Shown piece after piece: positions 52,286-64,000 of a stretch of 64,000 bases of DNA. Every line of letters begins with the position of its first letter. Within the stretch, counting starts at the first letter, position 1. The translations under genes and the position numbers were made by a program. The notes under the pieces are model-generated. The model ran no database searches. It saw only the letters and a list, made by a program, of their open reading frames with translations, and was not told where the DNA came from. Source of the stretch: an uncultured Phycisphaerales bacterium (lineage in GTDB: Bacteria; Planctomycetota; Phycisphaerae; Sedimentisphaerales; Anaerobacaceae); NCBI GenBank assembly GCA_963772725.1, contig CAVYYI010000001.1, positions 608,001 through 672,000 of the forward strand, read 5' to 3'.

Positions 52286-55200
52286 CGCCTGATTATAATG
52301 AGACTCCAGGTGATAAAAAGGCAGAACATATTTATACATCCAGCGGGACATATACTGTTGCACTGCGGGTAACGGACAACTTTGGTCAAACTGATATAGA
52401 CACCTGTATCGTTAATGTGATTGCACCTGTTATTAATATTACCCAAAGTAAGGAATACGGTTATATTCAGTCCGCGATTAATGAAGCTGATGATCTTGAT
52501 ATTATTCGAGTTGAACCCAGAATATATCAGGAGAACGTTGATTTTAACGGAGTTAACTGCACGATTAAAAGTATAGATCCCAATAATTGGTTGATAGCAG
52601 GTGCCACTGTTATTCAAGCGAAAGATGCCAATTTACCGGCGGTTTCATTTAGCAATTCCGAAGGCGTTAATGCTGTACTGGCCGGATTTAAAATAAGCGG
52701 CGGATTAAATGGAATTAAATTTAATGGTACATCTGCTGTGGTTAAAAACTGTATTATTACGAATAACGGTCAATTAAGTGATACAGGCGGTGGGATTTAC
52801 GATTGTAATGGTGCATCTCCGTTAATTACAAATTGTTTTATAATTGATAATGATGCCAATTACGGTGCCGGTATTTATAATGAAGATTCATCGCCTGTTA
52901 TTCGCAATTGTGTTATCGGTAAAAACTCAGCGATTTATGATGGCGGAGGCGTTTATGACGTGAATTCTACCGCCGAGCTACTCAACTGTACCCTTACTGA
53001 CAATAATGCCGATAATGGCGGAGGTCTGTATTGCACAGGTTCTTTATCTGATCCTAATATAGTTAGCTGTATATTCTGGGATAATGAGGCAGTTACTAAT
53101 GGCGATGAAATCTACAATAACAATGCCGATCCAAATTTTAAGTATTGTGACATAAAGGATTCGAAACCAGGCGGCAATTGGGATACGGCATTAGGTAACG
53201 ATGACGGGGGTAATATTGCCCAGGATCCGTTGTTTGTGATTACAGAACCTGGGACCTCGAACCTTATATCTCATTGGAAGTTAGACGAAACCGGAGGTAC
53301 TGTAGCATATGATTCAGCAGGTACTCACAATGGAACCGTTACCGATGCCTTATGGGAAAATGGGATATTAGATAATGGAACAGGTTTAGATGGAGACGAG
53401 GATTATATTAACTTTGGTGATATTGATGAGTTAGAGTTTGGAGACAGTAACTTCAGTATATCTGCATGGTTTTATAAGAAAGGTACACACAACTGGAATG
53501 AAAGTGAAGTGGGATGTGGTATGATTGCAAGTAAATACAACTGGGATGACAACTCCAGGCAATGGTTTTTAAGACAAAACAGCAATGATACTATACTGTT
53601 CTATACGAATCCGACTGGCTATCAGAATAATAATGAGAGCCTGAACTCTACCTATGGAGTCTGTAACGATCAGTGGGTGCATGTGGTAGCGGTCAGAAAC
53701 GGTCCTATTAAATCTTTGTATATCAACTCAGTTTTTGACGTCAACGGTGCTACCGCTGGAGTAGTTACGGGCAAAATTGCTAATGTACATATCGGCTGCA
53801 TTCAAGACCCAAGTCACAGGTACCAATTTTTTAATGGTATTATTGACGATGTGCGTATTTATGATAAAGCGTTATCTGCCGATGATATCAATGAAATCTT
53901 TGAATATGGCTTAATTGGTCAGTACAGTTATCGTTTGGCTTATAATTCACCTTGTATAAATGCCGGCAATCCTGTTGCTGATAATGTAGGTGATTTTGAT
54001 ATAGCCAATCAGCCGAGGATATGTAACTATCGTGTAGATATTGGGACTGATGAATACTGCGGCGTTTACAATTCAACTCAGAAAGGATATTACTCCACCA
54101 TACAATCGGCTATTGATAGCGCCAGTAACGGCGATGAAATTGTTGTGGCTCAGGGTACATACTACGAACGAATTAACTATAATAACAAGCGGATTCATCT
54201 TCGCAGTACCGACCCGAATGATTCTAACGTGGTGGTTGCAACCATAATCGATGGCAACAGTACGTCTTTGGATGCTGTAACGTTCAATCATGGTGAGGAT
54301 GCCAATTCCGTTTTGAGCGGTTTTACAATTAAAAGCGGAAGGTACGGTATATACTGCGCCAGTTCATCATCGCCCGCCATAGAAGATTGCAATATTTACG
54401 GGAATACGTCCCATGGCATTTATTGTTATAGTTACTCTTCTCCTATTATCCAAGATTGCGATATCCATAACAATGGGACCAATTCCTATGGCATTTACTG
54501 TTATGATCACTCTTCTCCTTCAATAGAAGTTTGCAATGTTTATGGAAATGCTTCATATGGAATTTATTGTCATAACTCATCTTCTCCTGACATAGAAGAC
54601 TGTATAATTCAAGGGAACAACTCTTGTGGTATCTACTGTCTCAATTCTTCTTCTCCTATAATTACAGACTGTAATATTTCTGAAAATAAATCAACTGGAA
54701 TTGTAACAGTGGGCTATTGTTCACCACAAATTAGCAATTGTATTGTTAAAAATAATAATTATGGTGGTTTAAGTTTTGGCGATCATGATGCTCCTACTGT
54801 TAAATATTGTACAATAGTTAATAATGGTTCTTGTGGCGTATCTTGCGGTAATTATGCGGGTCATCCTGTACTAAGAAATTGTATTATCACAAATCATACC
54901 AATTTTGGTATACTCCGTTCCGAGTATACGTATTTAACAGTTGTTAATTGTACTATTGTTAATAACACTCATTACGGCATTTATGCTTATAATAACCAAA
55001 GTGTCGAAAATTGTATTATTTGGAATAATGGTAATGATTTATACCAATGTGTAGCTATGTATTCGTGTATTGAAGATGATGACCCCGGTATAGGCAACTT
55101 TAATATAAATCCCAGATTTGTAAATCCCAGTGCCAATAATTTCCATCTATTAAACTGGTCACAATGTATTGATGCGGGAAATCCTTCTTCCGATTATTCA

Positions 55201-56069
55201 AAAGAACCTGATCCCAATGGTGGTAGAATAAATATGGCGCTTATGGTAATACTGAAGAAGCTGAATCCAGAGGCGAAGACTTAAACAATGACGGCTTACC
55301 TGATGATTGGCAGGAGTATTACTGGCCAGGTTACAACCCTAATGACCCTAATTATGGTGAGAATGGCAACCCGGATGGTGACGGATTCAATAATATGGTT
55401 GAATATTTATTCGGATATGATCCTAATGTAGTTACAACAGCCAGTATGAAACTAATCATTAGTTCATTTCCTACGTTGTTCAATCCGACACAAAGTGGAA
55501 CAGCAGCTATCGTTTATCTGTTGAATAAGGATGCAACTGTTACGGTAAGTTTTACTAATACAACCACTAGCGAGGTTGTGCGAGTACTGGCGGATAACGT
55601 AACAGCAGGTCTAAATACTATTGTCTGGGATGGAAAAGATACCAGCGGCGAGATAGTGGAGAAAGGCGATTATAGCGTCAGTATTAATGTAAATGACGGG
55701 CTTGGACATATTATAAATAATTCTCCTGGGACAGTTGAACTTTACTATGTTCACGATATCAGTAATCTGTACTGCAATCCAAGCCGTATTATTCCGGCAA
55801 ATAACGAACTTACAACAATTGGCTATAATATAACAGTCGACGCGAATGTTGTTATTGGCATATATGACCCCTGCGGAATACTTTTTGCAACGATAAACGA
55901 GTTCCAGAGAACTGTATCAAATCCACAACAAGTTATATGGTATGGGAGGAATAAAGCTCCTGAAAATCCTGATGGTAAATATCCCTTTAAAGAAGGTACA
56001 TATACCGTAAAGGTGAAATTTGCCGGTATGAGAGAAAATGAAACTACTACTCTAACAATTTATAAATAA
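52286..56069 (+). CDS. Large surface protein (PKD, right-handed beta-helices, LamG, Ca-binding motif, FlgD-like Ig); N-terminus missing, frameshift near 55237
   Basis: Begins mid-PKD (HIYTSSGTYTVALRVTD); GGGIY repeats; SHWKLDE..GIIDDVRIY; RINMGAYG joins DLNNDGLPDDW and ORF 55395. Confidence 0.75.
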
Positions 56070-56081
56070 TATGGAGTATTG

Positions 56082-59000
56082 CTTATGAAAAAGATATTTT
56101 GCATTTCCTTGATATTATTTGGTATTTCAAACCTTTCTTATGGAGAGTCACTTGACTGCTATAATGAAAATCAAGGCCCCGGTGTTTATTCAAATGGCTC
56201 GACGTCAATTGACATTGTGATTTGGGCAGATGTATATAATTATTATGGCCCAAAGGCGATGAAAAGATATATTCACTACCAATACTTTGAATCCACAGGA
56301 TGGACTGGACCAAAATATTATACAATGACAGAAAGGTTTGGTTCTTATTGCGATGTATATGAGATAGATGAATATGATATATGTGAATATATTTACAATA
56401 ATCCAGGTCAAGACCAGAATGACAGTATATTGGCATGGGGCTGTGCGGCTGCGTCTTTGGCTGAAAGCGGAGCAATGCAGGATATCTTAAATGGCCTGGG
56501 AACTCCGGATGATTTAACAGACATCGTCAGCAGTGTAATTGATATGGAAAGCGGTAGTATTAATGATGCGCCGGCAGTACCGCCTTATGAAAATCCAGCA
56601 GGCAGTTCCGAAAAGGCCGACCCTGTATTTATGAGTAACGGCGAATATGGCCTTTCAGCGACGGATATAATAATCCCGGGGAAAGTTTTACCTGTCATAA
56701 TCACAAGAACTTACGGCAGCAAAAGAGAATATAATTCACATTTCGGTTACGGCTGGGATATGAATTATAATATGAAGGTTCGCCGCCTTGCCGATACAAA
56801 CTCGGTTATTTTACTCGATGGTGGCGGATACAGACGGGAATATACGCGAGATGTTAGCGACCCGAATATTTACGAACGCTCTGAAGATAAAGGCACCTAT
56901 TTTGACTATGATAGTGTAAATGAGACCTTTACGCTCGTTAACAAAAGCGGCATGGAATATGCATTTGACCCCAACAACGGCAATCTTTCATCAATTACGG
57001 ATAAAAATGGCAACAGGATTAATTTTGAATATGATTCCAGTGGTTTAATGCCGATATACGGCCCTTCCAGCTATTTTCAAATAGAGCAGTATAATGGCCC
57101 GGAAAATAAATACGGTCTTGTCGCGATGGAATACCGCCTATCTGCAATCGTTGATGACTTGAATCGCAGGATTGAATTTGCCTATGATTCTAACGGCCTT
57201 GTTTCGTCGATTACAGATTTTGCCGACAGGACGTGGATATACAGTTATAACTCCAATACCAACGACCTTATCCAGGTAACCGACCCCAATAACTTAACGA
57301 TAAAATATAGTTATGACTTCAACCATAATTTGCTGACTGTAACCGACGCAAATAATCAGACGTATCTTGAAAATCATTATGCCTATAATCTTGACGAAAA
57401 TGTCGAATGGCAAAAATACGGCGACGCCAATTATGTATTTACTTATGACGATGCAAACAACAAAGCTGTAACAACCGACCGCGAAGGTTATGTAACAAAT
57501 ATGCTTTACAGCAGTTCGGGGCAGATATTAAGTGAAACCGTTTATACCGCCGATTCCAATGATGAGCCGAATTCCTTTACGACGCAGCATTTATATGATT
57601 CGGCCAGTCTGGAACTGTTAAGAACAACTCTTCCGGCGGGTAATTGTATTGATTACACTTATGACGGCATGGCAAACGTTACCGGCGTATATAGAAAAAC
57701 CGAACCCAATGAGCCGAACCTTGCTGATGAGCCCAATGTTATAGGAGTGACATATACTTATGATTCTAATCATATTTATGATATCAACAGCGTTACAGAT
57801 CCGATGGGTAATACTACTAAATTTGAATATGACACAAATGGCAATGTAACAAAAATTACCTACCCGCAGGTTGCGGTTTACGGCCAGGCGGCACAGCAGC
57901 CTGTTGTTGAATATACATATAATCAATACGGCCAGACTGAGACCGTTACCGCTCCCGATGGGATTGTTACAAAATACCAATACTATACCAATGCCAACGA
58001 TGTGAATAATTTCGGTCATCTGTGGAAAACGATTGCCGACTATAATGAGACTGGCGGGATGAATATTGCAACTGAATATCAATACGACCGGCTTGGCAGG
58101 GTTATTGAGGTAACCGACTCCAACGGTGATACAACTAAATTCGAATACAACAAGCTTGATTTACTGACCAAAACCACAACTCCTTCTCCTTATGAATATG
58201 TAACAAATTTTACTTATAATAAAAATAAAAAGCTAAAAACGACAACTAAAGTAAAAACAGGCGATGACCAGATAACAAGCTGCGGCTATGATATTCTTGA
58301 CAATTTAAAGACTGTTACAGACCCGCTGGGCTTTACAACGGCTTACGGCTACACTAAAAACGAGGATCCTAACCTTGTTAGGGATGCAGAAAATAATTCC
58401 ACTAAATCAGTCTATGATGAAAGAGGACTGGTAAAAGAGGTTATCGACGCCAATGGCAATATCACCCAATATACCTATACGCCCAACGGTGATATAAATA
58501 GTATCGAGGATGCACGGGGTAATATAACAAACTATGCGTATGATAAATTCGGCAGACTGCACTGGGTTCAGTATCCCAATGATACAAATGAGGTCTTTGG
58601 CTACGATAAAAATTCTAATATCATCAGCAAGAAGAATCGCGGCGGCCAGATAATCAAGTTTGAATATGATGCACTTAATCGCCTTGAGGTAAAGAATAGA
58701 CTCACTGACCCCAATATTTATTTTTCTTATGATATTGCCGGGAGAGTTAAGGAAGTCAATGACCTGCGGTCTGTCAGCAATGGCGGTGGCATTACAACTT
58801 ATGGTTATGACCACACAGGCAGGATTACACAGACTCAAGACCCAGGACTCAAGACCATAGACTATGAATATAACAGCAGAGGATTAAGGACAAAATTGAC
58901 ATATCCAGATGATAGCAATGTAACCTATAAATATGATTCATTGTCACGCTTGACAGAAATCAAATACAACAATTCAATAGTGGCAAGCTATGGCTACGAT

Positions 59001-60451
59001 GAATTATCACGAAGAAAACTTCTTACATTAGGTAATGATGCTAATGCTGTTTATACTTATGATTTAGGTGACAGACTGACAAAACTGGATAACCATATCA
59101 GTGGTGCGACGCATATAATATTCGACTATACTCATGATAACGTAGGAAACAGGAAAACACTGACGATAGATTCTAATCTGACCGATAAATATTATTATGC
59201 GTATGATAATCTCTATCAGTTGAAAAATGTAAATTTCCCGACTGAAGGGACAAATATTGAAAGTTTTACTTATGGCCTATTAGGTAACAGAAGCGTCTCG
59301 ATGGGTTATACAACAAATATTCTGAATCAATATACGGTAGTCAACAGTATCAGCTACACTTACGATTCCAAAGGAAATCTTACTTATGATGGAACTTACA
59401 CTTATATTTATGATTCGGAAAATCGCCTCATAGACGTTAACGACACGAGTAGCAGTGTTGCGAAATATAAATACGATTACTCAGGTCGACGGGTGTCAAA
59501 GACTGTTGACGGCACAACCATAAAATATTGTTACGAAGGTGACAAAATCATAGCAGAGTATGACGGCAGTGGGAATTTATTGCGAAATTTGTTTATGGCC
59601 CCGGCATTGATGAACCAATCTGTATGATGAATGTCTCTGGGGGAACCGAAACAGCGTATTATTATCATTTCGATGGGCTTGGTTCTGTAACATCGTTGAG
59701 TAATTCTTCCGGCGGTATTGTGGAAAGATATAGTTATGACGTATTTGGTGAGCCAAACAGAGTAAGCAGTATAGGTAATCCTTACTTATTTACAGGGCGC
59801 CAATATGATGAAGAGACTGGGAATTATTATTATCGTGCTAGATACTACAAACCAAGCATGGGGAGATTCCTACAAATTGACTCTTTGGGATATTATGATT
59901 CTGCAAATCTTTATCAATATTGCGGCAATAATCCTGCCTCGTTTATTGATCCATCAGGATTAAAGATTGAGATTATAGGTGATAAAACTGCATTTCAACA
60001 AGCAAGTACTTATTTATCGAAATCACCAACGTACAATGCTACATTGGGATATTTGGAATCGCAACCCGATACATATTATGTTGTTATAAATAATGACTCA
60101 GATAACAGGTTTGGTTATCATACAGCACAACAAGCTGGAGTTGTTGCAGTTTATTGGGATCCCAAAGTTGCGGTCGAAGTTATCCCCCAATCGGATATAG
60201 AACCTAAGAATAAAACGCTAAGCCCTTCTTTAGGATTGGCTCATGAACTCGAACATATGAAGGAATATATTTTAAATAAGGGTAAATTAGATATGACGCC
60301 TCTAAATAATGGTTACGACACAAAAGAAGAGCAGCGTGTGATCGTGGGACCAGAACGGCAAATTGCAATGGAACTTGGAGAATCTTTAAGACACAATCAC
60401 AAAGGAAAACCTTTCTTTGTGGATAATCCAACAAAACGGTGTAAAAAATAA
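56082..60451 (+). CDS. Rhs/YD-repeat toxin with Sec signal and C-terminal HExxH metallopeptidase; frameshift near 59586
   Basis: Signal peptide, DPV..NGEY (DUF6531-like), YD repeats, RARYY..GRFLQ.D, NNP...IDPSG, LAHELEH. Confidence 0.88.
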
Positions 60452-60480
60452 ACCATCTGAATTTTTGAAAGGAAATATAA

Positions 60481-61011
60481 ATGGGAAATTTGAAAACAGC
60501 TAAAATAGTATTTGTACTGAGTAGTTGTGTTGTTTGCTTATTCTTCTGCGTTTTAATCAGAGCCTCTGAAAATGTAGAGTTACATGGAATAACTGATATA
60601 AATAATTTAACATTTACAAGAATCGAGTGTTTTTATTATGATTGGCGAGATCTCACATTGCCTATTTCGGAATCAGATTTAGTAAAACAAAAATATACAT
60701 ATAAGGTTATTGTTAAATCAGATTCCGCCCTCTACATGCTTAAACTGAAAAAAGTATTTAGTAGATTGAAATTGAAAGAGGTTAGTTCTAAGGATAATCT
60801 GGATTGTCGTTTGGCGTTTGTTTTCTATAATAATGAGCAACAAGTGCTGGATATAACTTTTGCCAAGAACCAGTCGATTATTTTGATGAATGGCAAAGCT
60901 TACATCTTTAGTGCTGACATATTAAAAACGTTGATGCCAATATTGCCCTTGACTGCTAATGAAAGTATAAATCAATTTATGCTTGATAATTGGGAATATT
61001 CGTATAAGTAA
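60481..61011 (+). CDS. Putative immunity protein with signal peptide
   Basis: Directly follows the Rhs C-terminus. Confidence 0.6.
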   Translation: MGNLKTAKIVFVLSSCVVCLFFCVLIRASENVELHGITDINNLTFTRIECFYYDWRDLTLPISESDLVKQKYTYKVIVKSDSALYMLKLKKVFSRLKLKEVSSKDNLDCRLAFVFYNNEQQVLDITFAKNQSIILMNGKAYIFSADILKTLMPILPLTANESINQFMLDNWEYSYK

Positions 61012-61142
61012 TGGTTGCTTTCTGTAGACTTGAGAAGGTGAATGATGCTGAAAATAATAAGGTTGCCGTTCTCGAAAATTTAATCTGTTACCGTAAAACG
61101 GTAAGTTCGATAAGTTCTTTGACAATTTAATAGAGTTTGCAA

Positions 61143-62551
61143 GATAACGTCGGCAACCGCAAGAATATGGTCGTTGACGGTGATGAGCATAGCTATACTT
61201 ATGATGTCCTGTATCAGAGCTTACACACGTCAATTATCCGACGGCATGGGGCGTAGCTGATGCAAATTACTATTACGATGCATTAAGTAGTCGAACAAGC
61301 GTTTATAATGGTGGTACCACAACGTATAATCGCAACAATCTTAACCAATATACTTCAGTCGGTGGCATTTCTTACACCTACGATGCCAAAGGCAATTTAA
61401 CCGGTGATGGGACACATCTGTATTATTATGATTGCGAGAACAGGCTGACTGATGTCAATGACCAGAGCGATAATCCCGTAGCATCTTACAAATATGATTT
61501 TTCCGGTCGGCGAATTTCAAAAACCGTTAGCGGCACAATAACGAAATACTGTTACGACGGGGACCAGATTGTTGCTGAATATGTGAATAACACATTGGTT
61601 CGCAAATTCATATATGGCCCTGGAATCGACGAGCCAATCTGTATGATTAATGTTTCAGGGGGTAATGAGACGAAGTATTATTATCACTTTGATGGAACGG
61701 GCAGCGTGATAGCTCTTTCAAATATTAATGGGAACGTTGTTGAGCGATACAGCTACGATGTCTTTGGCGAGCCGAACAGGGTAAGCAATATCGGTAATCC
61801 GTATTTGTTCACAGCAAGAGCTTATGATGCCGAAAGTGGAAATTATTACTATCGTGCCAGATATTACAAGCCATCGATAGGACGATTCCTGCAGACAGAC
61901 AGGATTGGCTACACAGACGGCCTGAATATGTACAGCTATTGTGGGAATAATCCATTGAATTTTACAGACCCGTTTGGTTTATGTAAAGGTGGTGGCGGTG
62001 GTTTTGGGTCGAATTTGTGGGGCGGCAAGTATTTTGGTACAGGCTATGGTGCAAGTGCTACAGATTACTGGGCTGCTCGTGGAGTTGCATCAAAAACTTG
62101 GTATGGCAAGGCGGGCAATTATTTTATGGGCGGTTTTTCGGCTTTGTGGACTCCAGAAACATATAAGGAAACAGCATTTACTTTAGGAACAGCCGGGTAT
62201 GGTGCAATACAGACAAGATTAGCGGCCAATCTCGCCTCAGAAGGGAGTGAGGGCTTACAAACTGGCATAAAAGTTTACCGAGTGTGGGGTGATGGTGCTG
62301 GTTCGGCGGGTAGATCATGGACAACGGTAAATCCTTCAACTGTAACAAACTTTCGTAACGTAGCAGGATTGCCGTCGCAAAACGCAGGGCGGTTTGTCAG
62401 TGAAGGAATTTTAGAAGATGTTATGGGTGTAACTCGTCGAGCGGCATTGAAGTTAGGGTCTAACAGTGGTGGTTTGCCTGAGTTAGTGGTTCCAAATCCG
62501 CAAACCCAGATATCACTTATAAGAGTGTCTGGCGTAAATCCTCCGTTTTAA
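61143..62551 (+). pseudogene. Orphan Rhs core + alternative C-terminal toxin
   Basis: Degenerate core from DNVGNRK, intact 61583-62551 with DPFG and a new tip. Confidence 0.8.
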
Positions 62552-62568
62552 GATGCAGGAGTTTTTAG

Positions 62569-62934
62569 ATGAAACATATTAAAAACAATTTTTGTTATGT
62601 TCCAGCCAAAAAGATTAAGTTCATTTTTGAGCAAGACGGTCCACCTGAACAAAAATTGAAAACTGAGTTATCTAAATTATTTATCTCTGACAGAAATATT
62701 TTTAAAGCCTATCTTATTAGAATAGTATATGAATCTTCTAATGATTACACGGTTGCTTTGTGTGTGGCGATGACTTCTGGCGATGAAATAATGATCGTCA
62801 GAAAAATAGCAAATATTTTTTCAAAAATGTTTGGTGAAGATCAACATTTGGAGATAATGTTTTTAGATGATAAAATGGAAACTAAAGTTGCAGGAGCATG
62901 TGGTCCTTTTTACGTCAAGAGCATTAATGGTTAA
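62569..62934 (+). CDS. Putative immunity protein (SseB C-terminal-like)
   Basis: EQDGPPE..LK..L, AYL....Y, VALC, HLEIMFL; follows the orphan toxin. Confidence 0.55.
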   Translation: MKHIKNNFCYVPAKKIKFIFEQDGPPEQKLKTELSKLFISDRNIFKAYLIRIVYESSNDYTVALCVAMTSGDEIMIVRKIANIFSKMFGEDQHLEIMFLDDKMETKVAGACGPFYVKSING

Positions 62935-62936
62935 AT

Positions 62937-63317
62937 ATGAAAACAAAACCTAATTTTTACCTAGTGTCCAGCGAGTGGCGAGTTTTAAAAGAACCGCGGG
63001 AATGTTGGATTTTAAATAGATTTAAGTATGGTGACAGAGATGATTTGTTCTTAGTTAAGATAAGTCCCCCAATTATCTATGAGGACAAACAAGAAGGCCG
63101 CGTGGAGCTGGAACAAATCATTATTGCTTCTAGACATGAAGGGATAACGGTAGCGGCTATTAAAGAATGGCCGGTTTATGTGCATCTGGCGAGATTTAAG
63201 AAAAATTTGACTCCGGATACTAACTTGCTCATAGAAAGTGATATTGAAAACGTTGCATGGGGTGAAATATATCCTTCTTATCAGGCCGCATGGAATGGAA
63301 TATCGGGTAGTCCGTAA
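62937..63317 (+). CDS. Putative orphan immunity protein
   Basis: Small ORF in the toxin array. Confidence 0.5.
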   Translation: MKTKPNFYLVSSEWRVLKEPRECWILNRFKYGDRDDLFLVKISPPIIYEDKQEGRVELEQIIIASRHEGITVAAIKEWPVYVHLARFKKNLTPDTNLLIESDIENVAWGEIYPSYQAAWNGISGSP

Positions 63318-63409
63318 TATAAAAGACATTTGCAGCATTGTTCCTCCCAAAGATTAAATCCGAGCGATTGAAACAAGAAACTCTTTAAGTTCTTTGACAA
63401 TATAATAAC

Positions 63410-63705
63410 AAGTCCTGGAATTGATGAACCCGTTTGTATGATTGACGTTTCCGGCGGCAATGTGGTATATTATTATCACTTTGATGGTTTAGGTTTTTGC
63501 TGTTGCTCTTTCAAATATTAATGGGATGTCGAGCGGTATAGTTACGATGTGTTTGGCGAACCTAACAGGTAAGCAGCATTGGTAATCCATATTTGTTTAC
63601 AGGAAGAGCCTACGATGATGAAACAGGTAATTATTATTACCTCGCAGATATTACAAGCCGAGCATAGATAGATTCCTCCAGACAGATCACATTGGTTATG
63701 CCGGA
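63410..63705 (+). pseudogene. Degenerate Rhs core remnant
   Basis: PGIDEPVCMI, YYYHFDGLG, YDVFGEP, FLQTD pieces with indels. Confidence 0.75.
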
Positions 63706-63824
63706 AGTTTTGGAATTACGAGAGAGTGTTGCTGCGGGACAACGAATTTTTAGGCGGGAATTTCCCAAAGTCAGCAGCCGCAGAAGGACAATATTGGTCT
63801 CCTCAATTAATTAGGAGCACAAAC

Positions 63825-64000
63825 ATGACAATTACAAAATATCACAATGTAGAGGATGTTTATGTAGTAGTTCGACAACTACGCGACAAACTTTTGGCAT
63901 GTGGCGAAGAACAGGCGGCTAAAGAGCTTGATGAAACCATGTCGTCTTTTTGGACAACTTCTTCTGCGGCACTTGGTGAAATCAAATTTATTCTTCTCAA
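63825..64000 (+). CDS. Putative orphan immunity protein (runs off the window)
   Basis: AGGAG RBS; MTITKYHNVEDVY...FWTTSSAALGEI. Confidence 0.45.
   Translation, partial: MTITKYHNVEDVYVVVRQLRDKLLACGEEQAAKELDETMSSFWTTSSAALGEIKFILL

Noticed and set aside
59600..63705. Diversity-generating retroelement TR/VR pair in the repeated Rhs cores
   Set aside because: There is no reverse transcriptase, and the differences are not adenine-specific. Ordinary orphan-module homology explains the repeats.

Overview
The gene content suggests a Planctomycetota (Phycisphaerae-like) chromosome; this is an inference. The sequence carries many single-base indels, including about ten breaks in essential leuS, so most frameshifts are probably assembly errors. 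Positions 1-29.4 kb are mostly housekeeping genes (LOG, radical SAM, FAH, NnrE, UbiA, RluB, LeuS, CYTH, DAGK, KdsA, XerC, a TetR-TolC-MacAB-type efflux operon, tRNA-Arg), interrupted by one ISL3-like element and an AT-rich cassette. From 29.6 kb the window is accessory DNA around one tRNA-Ser(TGA). (i) A ~13.1-kb tyrosine-integrase element, 29582-42717, duplicates the 5' half of the tRNA rather than the usual 3' half. It resembles a phage satellite, with a helicase, an iteron-like ori, a TerS-like gene and a prohead-protease/scaffold fragment but no capsid gene. It contains an IS110 whose bridge-RNA guides can be read against its own target and donor, and two diverged ~150-nt copies of an unannotated structured non-coding motif. 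(ii) A large-serine-recombinase element on the tRNA 3' side carries a CdnE-Cap15 CBASS (cap15 has an in-frame stop), a coupling-protein-like ATPase and a ubiquitin-like + E2-like operon cut by an IS21. (iii) Beyond the IS21 lie a large surface protein and a Sec-signal Rhs toxin locus with orphan toxin/immunity modules.
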